From a virus (lineage: Duplodnaviria; Caudoviricetes): DNA of 41,351 nt. The stretch is taken from positions 1-41,351 of IMG/VR virus record IMGVR_UViG_3300030376_000859, one strand, 5' to 3'. The notes under the pieces are model-generated. The model did no database searches and had not been told where the DNA came from. It worked only from the letters and a program-made list of their open reading frames with translations. Positions 26,162 through 35,655 of the stretch are shown in pieces (within the stretch, counting starts at the first letter, position 1; each line of letters begins with the position of its first letter). A program made the translations under genes and the position numbers.

Positions 26162-27478
26162 TTAGTTGAATATATTATCAAAAATTTTATTTTCGACATA
26201 ATCATCATACTTTGTATCGTACAAATCTTTATCAGCCGCAATTGCTGCAGCTTGCATAGCTGCTTGTGCCGCTCTATCCTTATCATTTTCAGCGGCTTTC
26301 ATGTTCCACGATGCTTGATCACGATACGCCTGCCAGATATTGTTCATTGCGTTTTGTTGAATACCTAAAAGATTTAAGATATTTAGTCGGTTTGCTTCAT
26401 TCGTTGCGGCAGTGTTTGCGGTGTTTGTTTGTCTGCGCCAGTTCGCATTACTCTGATCAATTTGCATACGCATGTTTGCGTTGAACTGATCGCGGGTCGT
26501 TTGCATCTGAGCATTGAACTCATCTACGGCAGTTTTTTGACTCACGTTAAATTGCTCTAAAGAAGCTTTGCGATTTAAAGTGGCGTTGGTAATTGTAGCA
26601 CCCAACTCAGCAAAGAACATATCAACTTCATTCTGTGACTTTGCATTGAATTGATTAGCTGCGTTTTCTGCAGCAGCATCTGACATCAGGGCAGCAGTCT
26701 TGCTTTGGAACGTGATTACGCTAGACTGTTGTTCATTAGACAAGTTTTGCAAATCCATAGATAAAAAGGCTTTAGCGTTGTTTGCTGCAGCCTGCTGTCT
26801 GTTGTTTAAATTTGCCATGTCCATAGAGGCGTACACGGATGCGTTTTGTAAAGCTGCCTGCTGCTCGTTGTTTAAGTTTTGAAGTTGAATCGTTGCGTAC
26901 TTACTTGCATCGTTTGCCGCAATCGGAATCCCAGACTCCATAACGGACTGGACCATAGCTGCAGCAGCCATAGAACTCGAACCTAATCCTCGTTGTGCCA
27001 TCAAAGAAGATACGGCCCGTACTTGTGGTGCGGCCCAAGCAGGAAGAGGCTTTCCATCTTCGATGGTAGACATGAGTTGAGCCATCTGGAATTGAGTTGT
27101 TGCTCGTGGGTCTAAATTTGCTGTTGCAGCCTTTGCTAAACTGTCGGGAGAAACCGACCCCTGCTGGGCTTGCATCAGGGCTTGATTAGATACTGTTCCC
27201 TGTGCAGCCTGTGCAGCACCTACCTTGTCTGCAGTAGTGGCTGCTTGATATCCCTTCGCAGGACCAGCCGCTGTTGGTGCAGTCTGATCATAGTCTTTTA
27301 TATCAATTTCGTCTGGTGCGGCAACTTTTGGTGCTTGTATTTCTTTGTCAGAAACATCCAAAAGTTCGTCCTGTTTGACCTGTTGATCAATAGGGGTGAA
27401 GGTAAGTTCGCTATCAAGCTTTTTTTGATTAGCCTGATCTAGCATTTTCTTTCTTGCTTCTTGTTCTGTAAGAGCCAT
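26162..27478 (-). CDS. Ala/Gln/Asn-rich ejection (pilot-like) protein
   Basis: Repeated N.QQAA and QFNA coiled-coil motifs; RGLGSSS. Confidence 0.6.
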   Translation of the reverse strand: MALTEQEARKKMLDQANQKKLDSELTFTPIDQQVKQDELLDVSDKEIQAPKVAAPDEIDIKDYDQTAPTAAGPAKGYQAATTADKVGAAQAAQGTVSNQALMQAQQGSVSPDSLAKAATANLDPRATTQFQMAQLMSTIEDGKPLPAWAAPQVRAVSSLMAQRGLGSSSMAAAAMVQSVMESGIPIAANDASKYATIQLQNLNNEQQAALQNASVYASMDMANLNNRQQAAANNAKAFLSMDLQNLSNEQQSSVITFQSKTAALMSDAAAENAANQFNAKSQNEVDMFFAELGATITNATLNRKASLEQFNVSQKTAVDEFNAQMQTTRDQFNANMRMQIDQSNANWRRQTNTANTAATNEANRLNILNLLGIQQNAMNNIWQAYRDQASWNMKAAENDKDRAAQAAMQAAAIAADKDLYDTKYDDYVENKIFDNIFN

Positions 27479-27481
27479 TTA

Positions 27482-27706
27482 CTAATCTTTCTGTAAAACG
27501 CGGTCTAACTTATCTTCAACACGATGCAGTGCTTCCATCACACGGCTCATGTCCTCTCGTACCTCACTACGGGTCACGTATTCTTCACGAGTACGGTTGA
27601 GCAATATTTCTATACGTTTCTGTTCTTTTGTCATGCCAGAAAGAAACCACGCCCCACCCATTACGACTATACCGATTAGGGTATCTATGATGTGTACAAG
27701 GTCCAC
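27482..27706 (-). CDS. small membrane protein (TM plus coiled coil)
   Basis: Hydrophobic N-terminus; REEYVTR...RVEDKLDR; GTG start overlaps the upstream stop. Confidence 0.65.
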   Translation of the reverse strand: MDLVHIIDTLIGIVVMGGAWFLSGMTKEQKRIEILLNRTREEYVTRSEVREDMSRVMEALHRVEDKLDRVLQKD

Positions 27707-28056
27707 TACGCAGACCAACCCGATGGAGTTTTTGAAACAATTGCAGGGCTTACAAGATTGTTGATTTCAGTATCGAGTTGGGCCTTTAATTCATCTTCTG
27801 TTTTGCCTAGTTTTTTAAAAACCCGCGCCTTGCACCAATCTTTTGTTATACTATCAAATGCAGTAAAATCTGAGTCAGCTTCCCCGGCACTTGTTGCTCC
27901 GTATATTGATGCTGATAAGTAAGCACCTGTTGCGTCTTTTTCACTATCACTAACAGCAATAACACGCCAGTGAATAGTCTTAATTACATCTTTTAGGTCA
28001 CCCTCAGTTGGTACCGTGTCAAGTGTGGGAAATTCCCAAGTGTATGTATTAGCCAT
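27706..28056 (-). CDS. tail fibre-associated protein
   Basis: Follows the fibre gene; TYTW...IHW...FTAFDSIT...W pattern; AAGGAG RBS. Confidence 0.55.
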   Translation of the reverse strand: MANTYTWEFPTLDTVPTEGDLKDVIKTIHWRVIAVSDSEKDATGAYLSASIYGATSAGEADSDFTAFDSITKDWCKARVFKKLGKTEDELKAQLDTEINNLVSPAIVSKTPSGWSA

Positions 28057-28066
28057 CTATCTCTCC

Positions 28067-30754
28067 TTACGACCACGGGGTAAACTGTTGTAAGCCGTAC
28101 TGAACAGCCACTAATTTTGTTTCGCTATCACTAGAAAATGTAACGTCTTCCTGCGCGATACCGATAATCATACTTGGGGTTGCTGTTGCTTTTTGGCCTA
28201 TACCAGCCGTTGCAGAGGAACAGATGCCATCTCCAATTTCTATGTTGCCGCCAGCATTGTTACAAAGAATGTGACCGTCACCAAGAATCAGGACTTGATG
28301 TTCGTTGGTTTGATTATCTGGCCCACCATTTAGGCAACCACCATACGCACCTAAAACCGCTTTACTATTTGCGGTTTGGGTTTTACGCACATTGTAAATA
28401 ATGCCTCTTTCACTATCGGTACCATCACTTTTTTTACTGTATGAAAGGCTGGTTGTTTCTAAGAGTGTTCCATACGGGTACGCAGGTAAATCACTATCTG
28501 GGTCATTATCTGCATCAGGAATAATACAGAGGTGATTTGCAGTAAATGCGGCATAGGTAACTGTACCGCCACTAAAACTAATTGAACCTACGCCTGTTCC
28601 GTCACCATCCGTAAAACCAATAAGAGTTCCGGCACCGCTGTCGGCTCCAGCAGCTATTAAAAGCCCGTAACGATTTGCGTTATTCCCATCGTTTTTAAAG
28701 TAAGCAATATATTGAGCCGCATCATCTCCTAGAACCTCAAGTCTAAATCCGGGAGTAGTAATTGGGCCTATACCCACATTTCCGGTTGAACCAATAATCA
28801 TCCTCTGGTCATTGTTAGCGCGAAATGCCAGTGAGCCAGTCCCATCTGCGTATCGAATACCGCCTTTATCTGCATCACCGCTAATTCCCATATCAAGAAT
28901 GGATGTGCCGCCAGAACCAGAAAGCAGTTCCATTCGTGCATTAGTATCTACAATAGATAGAAGTTGGCTGGGACTTGTAGTCCCAATTCCAACCTTACCA
29001 TCGCTAGTGATACGCATTGCTTCTGTTGATGCGCTACCGCCACTGTTAGTGTGAAATGATAGGCTTGTATTTCCACCGCTGCTGTACGAACCTATCGTTG
29101 CAATCCCCACATCTGATTCATAGTAAAGTTGTAATCCGTTGACTGAGCCAGTTGTGTCAAATGAGTTACTACTGCCTAACAGTCCAACCTGACCAATGCT
29201 GTCTATACGCATTGCTTCTGAGTTGTTAGAGTAGAAGGTAGGGAAATAAGTGCCGCTAGAGTTTATTGCACCCATGCGGACTTCGCCAGTAGTCGGAACT
29301 ATAAGTAAACCGCCCTTTGCATCACCAGAGTATTCTGCAACAAAACCGTCAGTGTCATTTAAACCAATACTTGCTGACACTTTCTTTGTTGGCGAGGCAG
29401 TCCCAATGCCCACGTTGCCAGTGCTACCTTCCAAGAAAAAAGCGTTTGCGTCAGCGTTTGACTCAATGCGAAAATCTATATCAGCAGAAGATTCATTTAT
29501 AACAAATTCAGCACCTCCACCAGCAGAGCCAGTGCCGTATCTCAGAAAATCTAATTGCGAACCGCCAACAAAAGCGTAGTGAAATACCTGTGCATCTTCA
29601 GCACCATCTGACGCATCTCTAAGTTTTACAAATTTGCTATGCAACTCAAGAGATTGTCCAGCATCATTATCACCAAGCCATTGTATCTGACCTAAATTAT
29701 CGCCGTCTGCGGGGCTTCCTGAATCTCTATTCAAAGTTAAGACAGGGCCAACAGTAGCGTCTGCGTCAGTAGACTTGAGGGTAAGTTGTGAAGTGTTGTC
29801 GGCGGTAGTAATTGTTGCACCCGTACTGGATGTAATAGCACCATCAACTTGCAGAGTCGATGCCATGTCTACGGCACCATCAATGTCAACAACATCTAGG
29901 TTGGCTGTACCATCTACATCCAAGTCTGTACCAACGTACAGTTTCTTGGCTATACTCGCTCCACCCTCAGTTCGTAAGGCTCCGGTGTCACCAGTTGCAT
30001 CACTAGCATCTGTTGCGTCTGTAACGTCAAGAACCCCACCAACAGTAGTGGCCCCAGATATGTCAACTGCACCATTAATGTCAATCAGGGTTGAGTTGAG
30101 TTCAATCTCATCATCTGCGTTAATGTCTAGGTCACCATCAGCAGGTGAGCCAATGTTAATTGCTGAGTCGCGGAACTGAACCACCATTGCGGCGTTAAGT
30201 AACAAGCCGGTGTCTGCAACATGAGTTAAAGTTACATCTGTGTCTGCTCCAAATCCAAGAACAGCAGCATCAGACTTTAGTGTTAAGTCATCACCAACAG
30301 TTGCATCAGCAGATATTTCTACTAAAGGCGTTGTTATTTCTACTTCCGTATCTGCAGCGATATCAAGTTGACCATCCGCGCTAGAGTTGATAAATAGAGC
30401 AGTGTCACGAAACTGTATCTTCTTGTTGGTTGCAACTAAGATGTCCTCACCCAAACCATCTATATAAGCGGTTCCGTCCAAATACATATCCTTGAACTGG
30501 AGGGAAGTCGTGCCGATATCTAGGGTGTTAGTAGTTTTTGGTTTAATCTCTGTGGCACTTGCAACAAAATCCTGCACCGGACCCAATACAGTAACAGGCG
30601 CACCCTCATCAGCCGTGCCGTCGTGAGTGTGTCCTGAAGATTCATTAAAAGCAGCATCTACCGCGTCAAACTCACCGTCTAAATCAGAGGCGTTAATAAC
30701 GTTTCCGTCTGCTATGTTGTTAGAAGTGTCATTCCTTGTGTAGCCCTGACCCAT
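28067..30754 (-). CDS. tail fibre protein
   Basis: N-terminal anchor GHTHDG; repeated MRI...GNVGIGT modules. Confidence 0.85.
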   Translation of the reverse strand: MGQGYTRNDTSNNIADGNVINASDLDGEFDAVDAAFNESSGHTHDGTADEGAPVTVLGPVQDFVASATEIKPKTTNTLDIGTTSLQFKDMYLDGTAYIDGLGEDILVATNKKIQFRDTALFINSSADGQLDIAADTEVEITTPLVEISADATVGDDLTLKSDAAVLGFGADTDVTLTHVADTGLLLNAAMVVQFRDSAINIGSPADGDLDINADDEIELNSTLIDINGAVDISGATTVGGVLDVTDATDASDATGDTGALRTEGGASIAKKLYVGTDLDVDGTANLDVVDIDGAVDMASTLQVDGAITSSTGATITTADNTSQLTLKSTDADATVGPVLTLNRDSGSPADGDNLGQIQWLGDNDAGQSLELHSKFVKLRDASDGAEDAQVFHYAFVGGSQLDFLRYGTGSAGGGAEFVINESSADIDFRIESNADANAFFLEGSTGNVGIGTASPTKKVSASIGLNDTDGFVAEYSGDAKGGLLIVPTTGEVRMGAINSSGTYFPTFYSNNSEAMRIDSIGQVGLLGSSNSFDTTGSVNGLQLYYESDVGIATIGSYSSGGNTSLSFHTNSGGSASTEAMRITSDGKVGIGTTSPSQLLSIVDTNARMELLSGSGGTSILDMGISGDADKGGIRYADGTGSLAFRANNDQRMIIGSTGNVGIGPITTPGFRLEVLGDDAAQYIAYFKNDGNNANRYGLLIAAGADSGAGTLIGFTDGDGTGVGSISFSGGTVTYAAFTANHLCIIPDADNDPDSDLPAYPYGTLLETTSLSYSKKSDGTDSERGIIYNVRKTQTANSKAVLGAYGGCLNGGPDNQTNEHQVLILGDGHILCNNAGGNIEIGDGICSSATAGIGQKATATPSMIIGIAQEDVTFSSDSETKLVAVQYGLQQFTPWS

Positions 30755-30769
30755 CTTTATATCCTTCCT

Positions 30770-32737
30770 TTATCGCCGCCCGTAAGTGCCGTATTCGAGC
30801 GTAACTGCGTCTAGTGAGTGTGGTGCGTTTGTCGAGTTCGTGCGAAACTGCACCGAAACAACATACCCAGAACCTACTGTCTGGCTTTCAAATAATTTCT
30901 GTACTGTGCCGCCGTAGGTGTTTGTTGCGTAAACGGCGGTTCCGTAGAATGCTGGAACACCTGACCCTGCTGTATTGTTGAAGGTAATAGAAGCAGGTTG
31001 AATTATACCTGACTCATTAAAATCAAATAGTAAGTTTACATCGCTAATTAAGCTACCATCTGGGTCTGCGTACAAAAATATCTTGTATATGGTTTTGCGA
31101 ACACGAGGGTCATTTATGGGTATGTATGGAGTTGCAAAAGTGGAGAAAATCTCAGCCCCATCTAAACTGTTCCCGGACTCCATCCTGTAAACGTATCCGT
31201 TGTCGTTTGCAAATACGATAGTTTCTGTTCCCTCGTATAGATTGCTACTGGCAACATACGCCTTGAACCCTCTCAGTTCTGCCCAACTAATTCCCTGCTC
31301 TACTTGTGACCCTATGATACCCCGTGATGCAGATTCAGTGTAGTTTGTGTTGTACCCAAAGAGTCTATACTGGCTTTTTGGTCGGATAGTTACACTACTA
31401 AAAGATGTGTGAGCGTTTACAAAGTCTGTTACATCATCCTGTATGACTTTTGATGCAACTGCTAGGTTGAAGTCACCAATTCTTTCGGTTGCAGATAGAC
31501 TTCTAATTCCATCTGGCCCTAAATAGAGAACATCTCCACCAATCTCTTGAATTGTATCTGTGTCTGTACATCCTGTATCAAGAGTGATGGGTTGTAGTTG
31601 AAAGTCTGCAATGGTGCTTCCGACTAAACGTTTAATAGACCTTTCACTAAATATTATAAGCTGTTCTCTAAAAATAATCAACCCTGTAATTGTACTACCT
31701 ACATTTAATGTTCCCGCGCCATTGGCTGCAGAAAAATCAGTAGAAGTGTAAGGGGAAGTAAATACAAGGTTTGAACCCTTTGCAAAAAATAGTTGATTCT
31801 TAAAATCTGCAACGTGGCTAGCTCCAACGCCCTCTGTAGGAATACCATCTAAGGCTGTAAAGGTGTTTCCATCATAAATAAACGGTACATTAACTCCATC
31901 CACCCCTGCCATAAAGTCCGTGCCGCTATAATTAAAGTTCACGAACCGATGTCTAGCCATCCCCGAACGGTCTACGCTACGGAATGTAATTACAGCATTG
32001 TCAGCAGGGCTGCTGTTGAGGGCGGGGTTGATAGCGAAAGTTGCGCCACCACTGCTTATTGATGGTGTGGCTGTCAGGGTGTATATTAAATCTACGCCTG
32101 CAATAGTAAAAGTATCACCTGCTTGGGGTGTTCCTGTTATACCATCAACATCCAAACTAGTTCCGGTTTGTGAACCTGCATTTACCAGCACTGTCCCGTA
32201 GTTGGGGGTGTTTATCTTTGACCAGCCAGACCCTGTTGATTTAAACAGGTCATTTCCCCGCGCTGCAATCACCGAACTTTCGAAGGTATGAACCCCCTGC
32301 ATAATACCGGCACCAGAGGTAAAGGTTACTGCAGCTTGGTCGGCGGGACTACTTGCAAGCGCACCAGTCAAAGTTAGGGTGGCTCTTTTATTTGTAGAAC
32401 TAAAGCTAACGCCACTTCCAGCAATGGTGTACGTTCCGGTTACACCTGCTATAGTAAAAGTATCACCTGCAACGGGTGTGGTGTACAGGTTGCCGATTAC
32501 AAGAGTTGTTCCTGTCTGCGAACCTGCGTGAACAAGAGGTGTGCCATAAGGAGGAACTACAGTGCTATCGTACTTAGAGTACCCCTGAACTGTTCGATAG
32601 CCACCTTCAACAGAAGGCTCGTAATTACGAAGGATACGAGCAGACCCCGGAGCATTGATGCCATGTTGCAACGGAGATTGATTCGTAATCAAACCACCCT
32701 TAAATTCAATGGCGTATGTTTGCCAACGATCCGGCAT
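30770..32737 (-). CDS. tail nozzle (tubular B / head-closure-like) protein
   Basis: FKGGL...NYEP..EGGYR start, beta-propeller-like repeats; follows the adaptor gene. Confidence 0.7.
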   Translation of the reverse strand: MPDRWQTYAIEFKGGLITNQSPLQHGINAPGSARILRNYEPSVEGGYRTVQGYSKYDSTVVPPYGTPLVHAGSQTGTTLVIGNLYTTPVAGDTFTIAGVTGTYTIAGSGVSFSSTNKRATLTLTGALASSPADQAAVTFTSGAGIMQGVHTFESSVIAARGNDLFKSTGSGWSKINTPNYGTVLVNAGSQTGTSLDVDGITGTPQAGDTFTIAGVDLIYTLTATPSISSGGATFAINPALNSSPADNAVITFRSVDRSGMARHRFVNFNYSGTDFMAGVDGVNVPFIYDGNTFTALDGIPTEGVGASHVADFKNQLFFAKGSNLVFTSPYTSTDFSAANGAGTLNVGSTITGLIIFREQLIIFSERSIKRLVGSTIADFQLQPITLDTGCTDTDTIQEIGGDVLYLGPDGIRSLSATERIGDFNLAVASKVIQDDVTDFVNAHTSFSSVTIRPKSQYRLFGYNTNYTESASRGIIGSQVEQGISWAELRGFKAYVASSNLYEGTETIVFANDNGYVYRMESGNSLDGAEIFSTFATPYIPINDPRVRKTIYKIFLYADPDGSLISDVNLLFDFNESGIIQPASITFNNTAGSGVPAFYGTAVYATNTYGGTVQKLFESQTVGSGYVVSVQFRTNSTNAPHSLDAVTLEYGTYGRR

Positions 32738-32740
32738 CGT

Positions 32741-33421
32741 TTATGATGCTCTCATGTAAACGTTTTCATTGACAGTTACAGTTCTCATCTGTTTGATACC
32801 CTCATCAAATTTGCGCTGTGACACTGAGGCCATCTCTATGTTGTCACGAAACATGTAGGCGTAGTACATGGCACCATCAATAATAACGTGACGAAACCGT
32901 TCTGGAATTGTAGGAACATCTGTATTAAGAATTAAGTCAACGGGGTCCATGAAGTATTCAAAATCGACTTGATATGCCTTATCGGGCATAGGAACTACAC
33001 CCCATTCTCCATTCTGTGTTCGAAATACAAACTGAGGGGCTGCACCCTTTGTAACGTCTGTCTCATCCTCTTGGTCAATGTAACGGTCAACGTATTCATC
33101 GTATGCTAATTGTGTGAGATGCTCTGCCCGTCCTACACCCAAAGTAGTGTTGCGGCGAACTCTGTAAGTGTCAAAGTCTACGTATTTTGCTTGAGTTGGA
33201 ATAGGGTAGCGGGTTATACCTGCAGTTAAAGTCTGTTCGTAAACGTTGTGATTAAAAGGCCAACCAAAGTGAGATTGATTAACATGACGAATTGCAGAGT
33301 TTACAGCCTCCTTAATCGCAGAATAAAACCCTGCTGCTGTAGCAAAATTTGTAGATGTCAGTTCTGTCTCATTTAAACGTTTAGCAACATCATTGGTTAA
33401 GCTAAGAAAATCATACGCCAT
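32741..33421 (-). CDS. tail adaptor (tubular A-like) protein
   Basis: FLSLTNDV.KRLNE, WPF, P.PDKAY, IPERF motifs. Confidence 0.7.
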   Translation of the reverse strand: MAYDFLSLTNDVAKRLNETELTSTNFATAAGFYSAIKEAVNSAIRHVNQSHFGWPFNHNVYEQTLTAGITRYPIPTQAKYVDFDTYRVRRNTTLGVGRAEHLTQLAYDEYVDRYIDQEDETDVTKGAAPQFVFRTQNGEWGVVPMPDKAYQVDFEYFMDPVDLILNTDVPTIPERFRHVIIDGAMYYAYMFRDNIEMASVSQRKFDEGIKQMRTVTVNENVYMRAS

Positions 33422-33424
33422 CTT

Positions 33425-33772
33425 TTACCGTGTCCTTACTTTTAAATTAACCGAACGAATTGCTGTGCTGCCCGTGCTATCTGTTATGGTACAGAAGAAG
33501 GTGTAATCTCTTGTGTTAACGCCGCCTGCTATATTTATTGTGGCTACTGTATTAGTATTTGTCTGAGAAACATTTTGAATACTATCAGTTACTGCTGAAC
33601 TGGACGCAGTAGTCAAATCTTGCCCCGCTGCTAAAACAGTGCGGGTTGAATACGTGCTGGTTTCTATAGACCATACAACTGAGGAAATAGTTGCTGAACC
33701 AAGAAATCTCGACCAGTCGATACTGTAGTCGAGTGTTTCTCCGGGGTCTTTGAAGGGCCATTTATAAGACAT
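33425..33772 (-). CDS. tail/fibre adaptor-like virion protein
   Basis: KDPGETLDYSIDW motif. Confidence 0.6.
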   Translation of the reverse strand: MSYKWPFKDPGETLDYSIDWSRFLGSATISSVVWSIETSTYSTRTVLAAGQDLTTASSSAVTDSIQNVSQTNTNTVATINIAGGVNTRDYTFFCTITDSTGSTAIRSVNLKVRTR

Positions 33773-33775
33773 AAA

Positions 33776-33883
33776 TTACTCCACGTAAACTGTGCGGGTA
33801 AAGCTGTTGCCAATACTCTCAATAAGGACAACTCTAGGGTCCAACACTACAAGCACTGTTCGTTCAAAACTTGTCAAAGGCAT
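33776..33883 (-). CDS. 35-aa protein (not in ORF track)
   Basis: TAATG coupling; MPLTSFERTVLVV...TRTVYVE fills the intergenic gap exactly. Confidence 0.55.
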   Translation of the reverse strand: MPLTSFERTVLVVLDPRVVLIESIGNSFTRTVYVE

Positions 33884-34302
33884 TAGGCCGCTCTTTCAAT
33901 GTTAACAGTACGTCGTCTATCGTACAAATCACGAACCGCACCATAATTAAATACGACTGCTGTGGTGCTTACAGTTCCTATAGCGGTTGTTCCTTGAACA
34001 CTGGCTAAACTTTCCGTATTATTTATGGTTACTGAACCTACACCGCCTACAGCAGACACTCCTAAAGGAGTTACAAAAGTAAATGTTTCAACGTTGCCTA
34101 CTAATCCTGTTGCAGATAAATCCTTATTCTGTACTGTGAATCTATCAATTAGAACAACGGTAGAAGTATGGGTCTGCGTAATCGACGGTGTGTTCGTAGT
34201 GCCTGCTACACCCGTAAGAGTTTTAGATAGATTTGTAACTCCAAACTTTGATACACCAAATAGACCGGAGCCATATCTTGCGGATTGTGCTATGACTGCC
34301 AT
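33883..34302 (-). CDS. virion structural protein, putative
   Basis: Thr/Gly/Val-rich beta repeats; AAGGAG RBS. Confidence 0.55.
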   Translation of the reverse strand: MAVIAQSARYGSGLFGVSKFGVTNLSKTLTGVAGTTNTPSITQTHTSTVVLIDRFTVQNKDLSATGLVGNVETFTFVTPLGVSAVGGVGSVTINNTESLASVQGTTAIGTVSTTAVVFNYGAVRDLYDRRRTVNIERAA

Positions 34303-34311
34303 AGCGACTCC

Positions 34312-34749
34312 TTATGCAATACGAATTATTGCGTCAGATGCGTTTGCTGTAGGAAACTGAATAGTAAAGTTACCAGCAGTTGCTGAGACTGTCCCGCCAA
34401 AGTCAATAACTGCAATAGCCTTGTTACCCTGTCCAGCGTTATAAATTATACATCCATCTGCCGATATCGTTACGTTTGAAAATACTTCGTCTGCAAAGTC
34501 AACAATTGCAGTAGTTCCGCTCAAAGAAATAGCAGGGCTATCTAGTACCTGACCCCCTGCACTGTAATTTGTTCCGCTGGCTTCGTCACTATTTCCCGTC
34601 ACATCTGAATAGTTCGTGGTAGCAGCATTATAGGTACCGGACATAGATGATTTAATTAGCGCAATCTTGATACTGTCGGAATCCAAATCATGTGTACCGC
34701 CTAGAAGTTCTTGCTTAAAGCTACTACACATTGCAGTTGTAATCGCCAT
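34312..34749 (-). CDS. conserved virion/tail protein
   Basis: MAITTAMCSSFKQELL...DFGG...FTIQFP; AGGAG RBS. Confidence 0.65.
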   Translation of the reverse strand: MAITTAMCSSFKQELLGGTHDLDSDSIKIALIKSSMSGTYNAATTNYSDVTGNSDEASGTNYSAGGQVLDSPAISLSGTTAIVDFADEVFSNVTISADGCIIYNAGQGNKAIAVIDFGGTVSATAGNFTIQFPTANASDAIIRIA

Positions 34750-34775
34750 GATTTGTGTCTCCTATTGTATCTAAG

Positions 34776-35141
34776 TTAGGCCCGTCGAGCCGCGTCAAAA
34801 AATTCTTCACAAGATGTGGTTACGACCAACTTGTCTGCCGTACCCGCTGTACACTTAATAATGTCACCTGCATGTAAATATAAAGGTTTGTCTAGAGTAA
34901 AAATAGATTCATATGAGTTTGCAGCAACAGGGTATGTAGTGAGTAGTGTATATTCTGTGTTGTCTTCTGCGTGAAATAAGTGTAGACTAAGATTCACTGC
35001 ACTTGAATGTAAGTTACTAACCATTAAGTTTTCTAAATGAGAAGAAAAATTAGCAGGTACCGTGTAAACGTTTGTTTTGTTTGTTGTACTAAACGCCACA
35101 ACTTCGGTACGAAATTTAGAACCAGATTGCAATTGTGGCAT
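34776..35141 (-). CDS. beta-sandwich virion protein, putative
   Basis: VYTVPA...L..GD.I pattern. Confidence 0.55.
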   Translation of the reverse strand: MPQLQSGSKFRTEVVAFSTTNKTNVYTVPANFSSHLENLMVSNLHSSAVNLSLHLFHAEDNTEYTLLTTYPVAANSYESIFTLDKPLYLHAGDIIKCTAGTADKLVVTTSCEEFFDAARRA

Positions 35142-35145
35142 TAGC

Positions 35146-35280
35146 CTATTTTCCTATAATAACATACTTCTTTAATGAGTCTGTTTCGCTTATTAACTTT
35201 AGTTGTTTTGATTTTAACAGCAGGGGCGGTAGAGGATTATTTCTCAAGTTATACGGCTTCAATCGTTGATGGCGTATCAT
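35146..35280 (-). CDS. small hypothetical protein
   Basis: ATGA overlap at 35277-35280. Confidence 0.4.
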   Translation of the reverse strand: MIRHQRLKPYNLRNNPLPPLLLKSKQLKLISETDSLKKYVIIGK

Positions 35281-35408
35281 TTTTTGTTCCAGTTCAATAC
35301 TGTGCGGTGTTTTTTCCAAAACCAGTTGCCGATACAAGTAAAGGGCTTACCCGTTGAGAGTAAAGCCCAGCCTAGCTGTCTAATCAAACAGGGACGGATA
35401 ACTGTCAT
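35277..35408 (-). CDS. small hypothetical protein
   Basis: MTVIRP start; amphipathic, Trp-rich; overlaps both neighbours. Confidence 0.4.
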   Translation of the reverse strand: MTVIRPCLIRQLGWALLSTGKPFTCIGNWFWKKHRTVLNWNKK

Positions 35409-35604
35409 CCGTGATTTCATCCAATGCTTCAAGCCTACTACTTGCTTCTTCCCAACTTTCAAGAGCTTTATCCATTTCCGCAAGAAGGTCTGGATGCTCT
35501 CCAATAGCTGTTGGATTTTGGAGGTAATTTGTGAGAATATATTTTGCACTTTTTTTCTGTGCCTCGTATCTGTAACGCAGTGCGTCTATTGCAAGTTGTT
35601 TCAT
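35380..35604 (-). CDS. conserved hypothetical phage protein
   Basis: YLQNPTAIGEHPD motif; AAGGGA RBS; own promoter. Confidence 0.75.
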   Translation of the reverse strand: MKQLAIDALRYRYEAQKKSAKYILTNYLQNPTAIGEHPDLLAEMDKALESWEEASSRLEALDEITDDSYPSLFD

Positions 35605-35622
35605 GGTATTCCCTTCAAAAGT

Positions 35623-35651
35623 ATTATATACTGATTTTGAAGTTTAGTCAA
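35623..35651 (-). promoter_or_regulatory. sigma70 promoter
   Basis: TTGACT, 17 nt, TATAAT. Confidence 0.8.
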
Positions 35652-35655
35652 GAAT

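Noticed and set aside
28067-30754. Diversity-generating retroelement target in the tail fibre
   Set aside because: No reverse transcriptase and no adenine-variant template repeat seen
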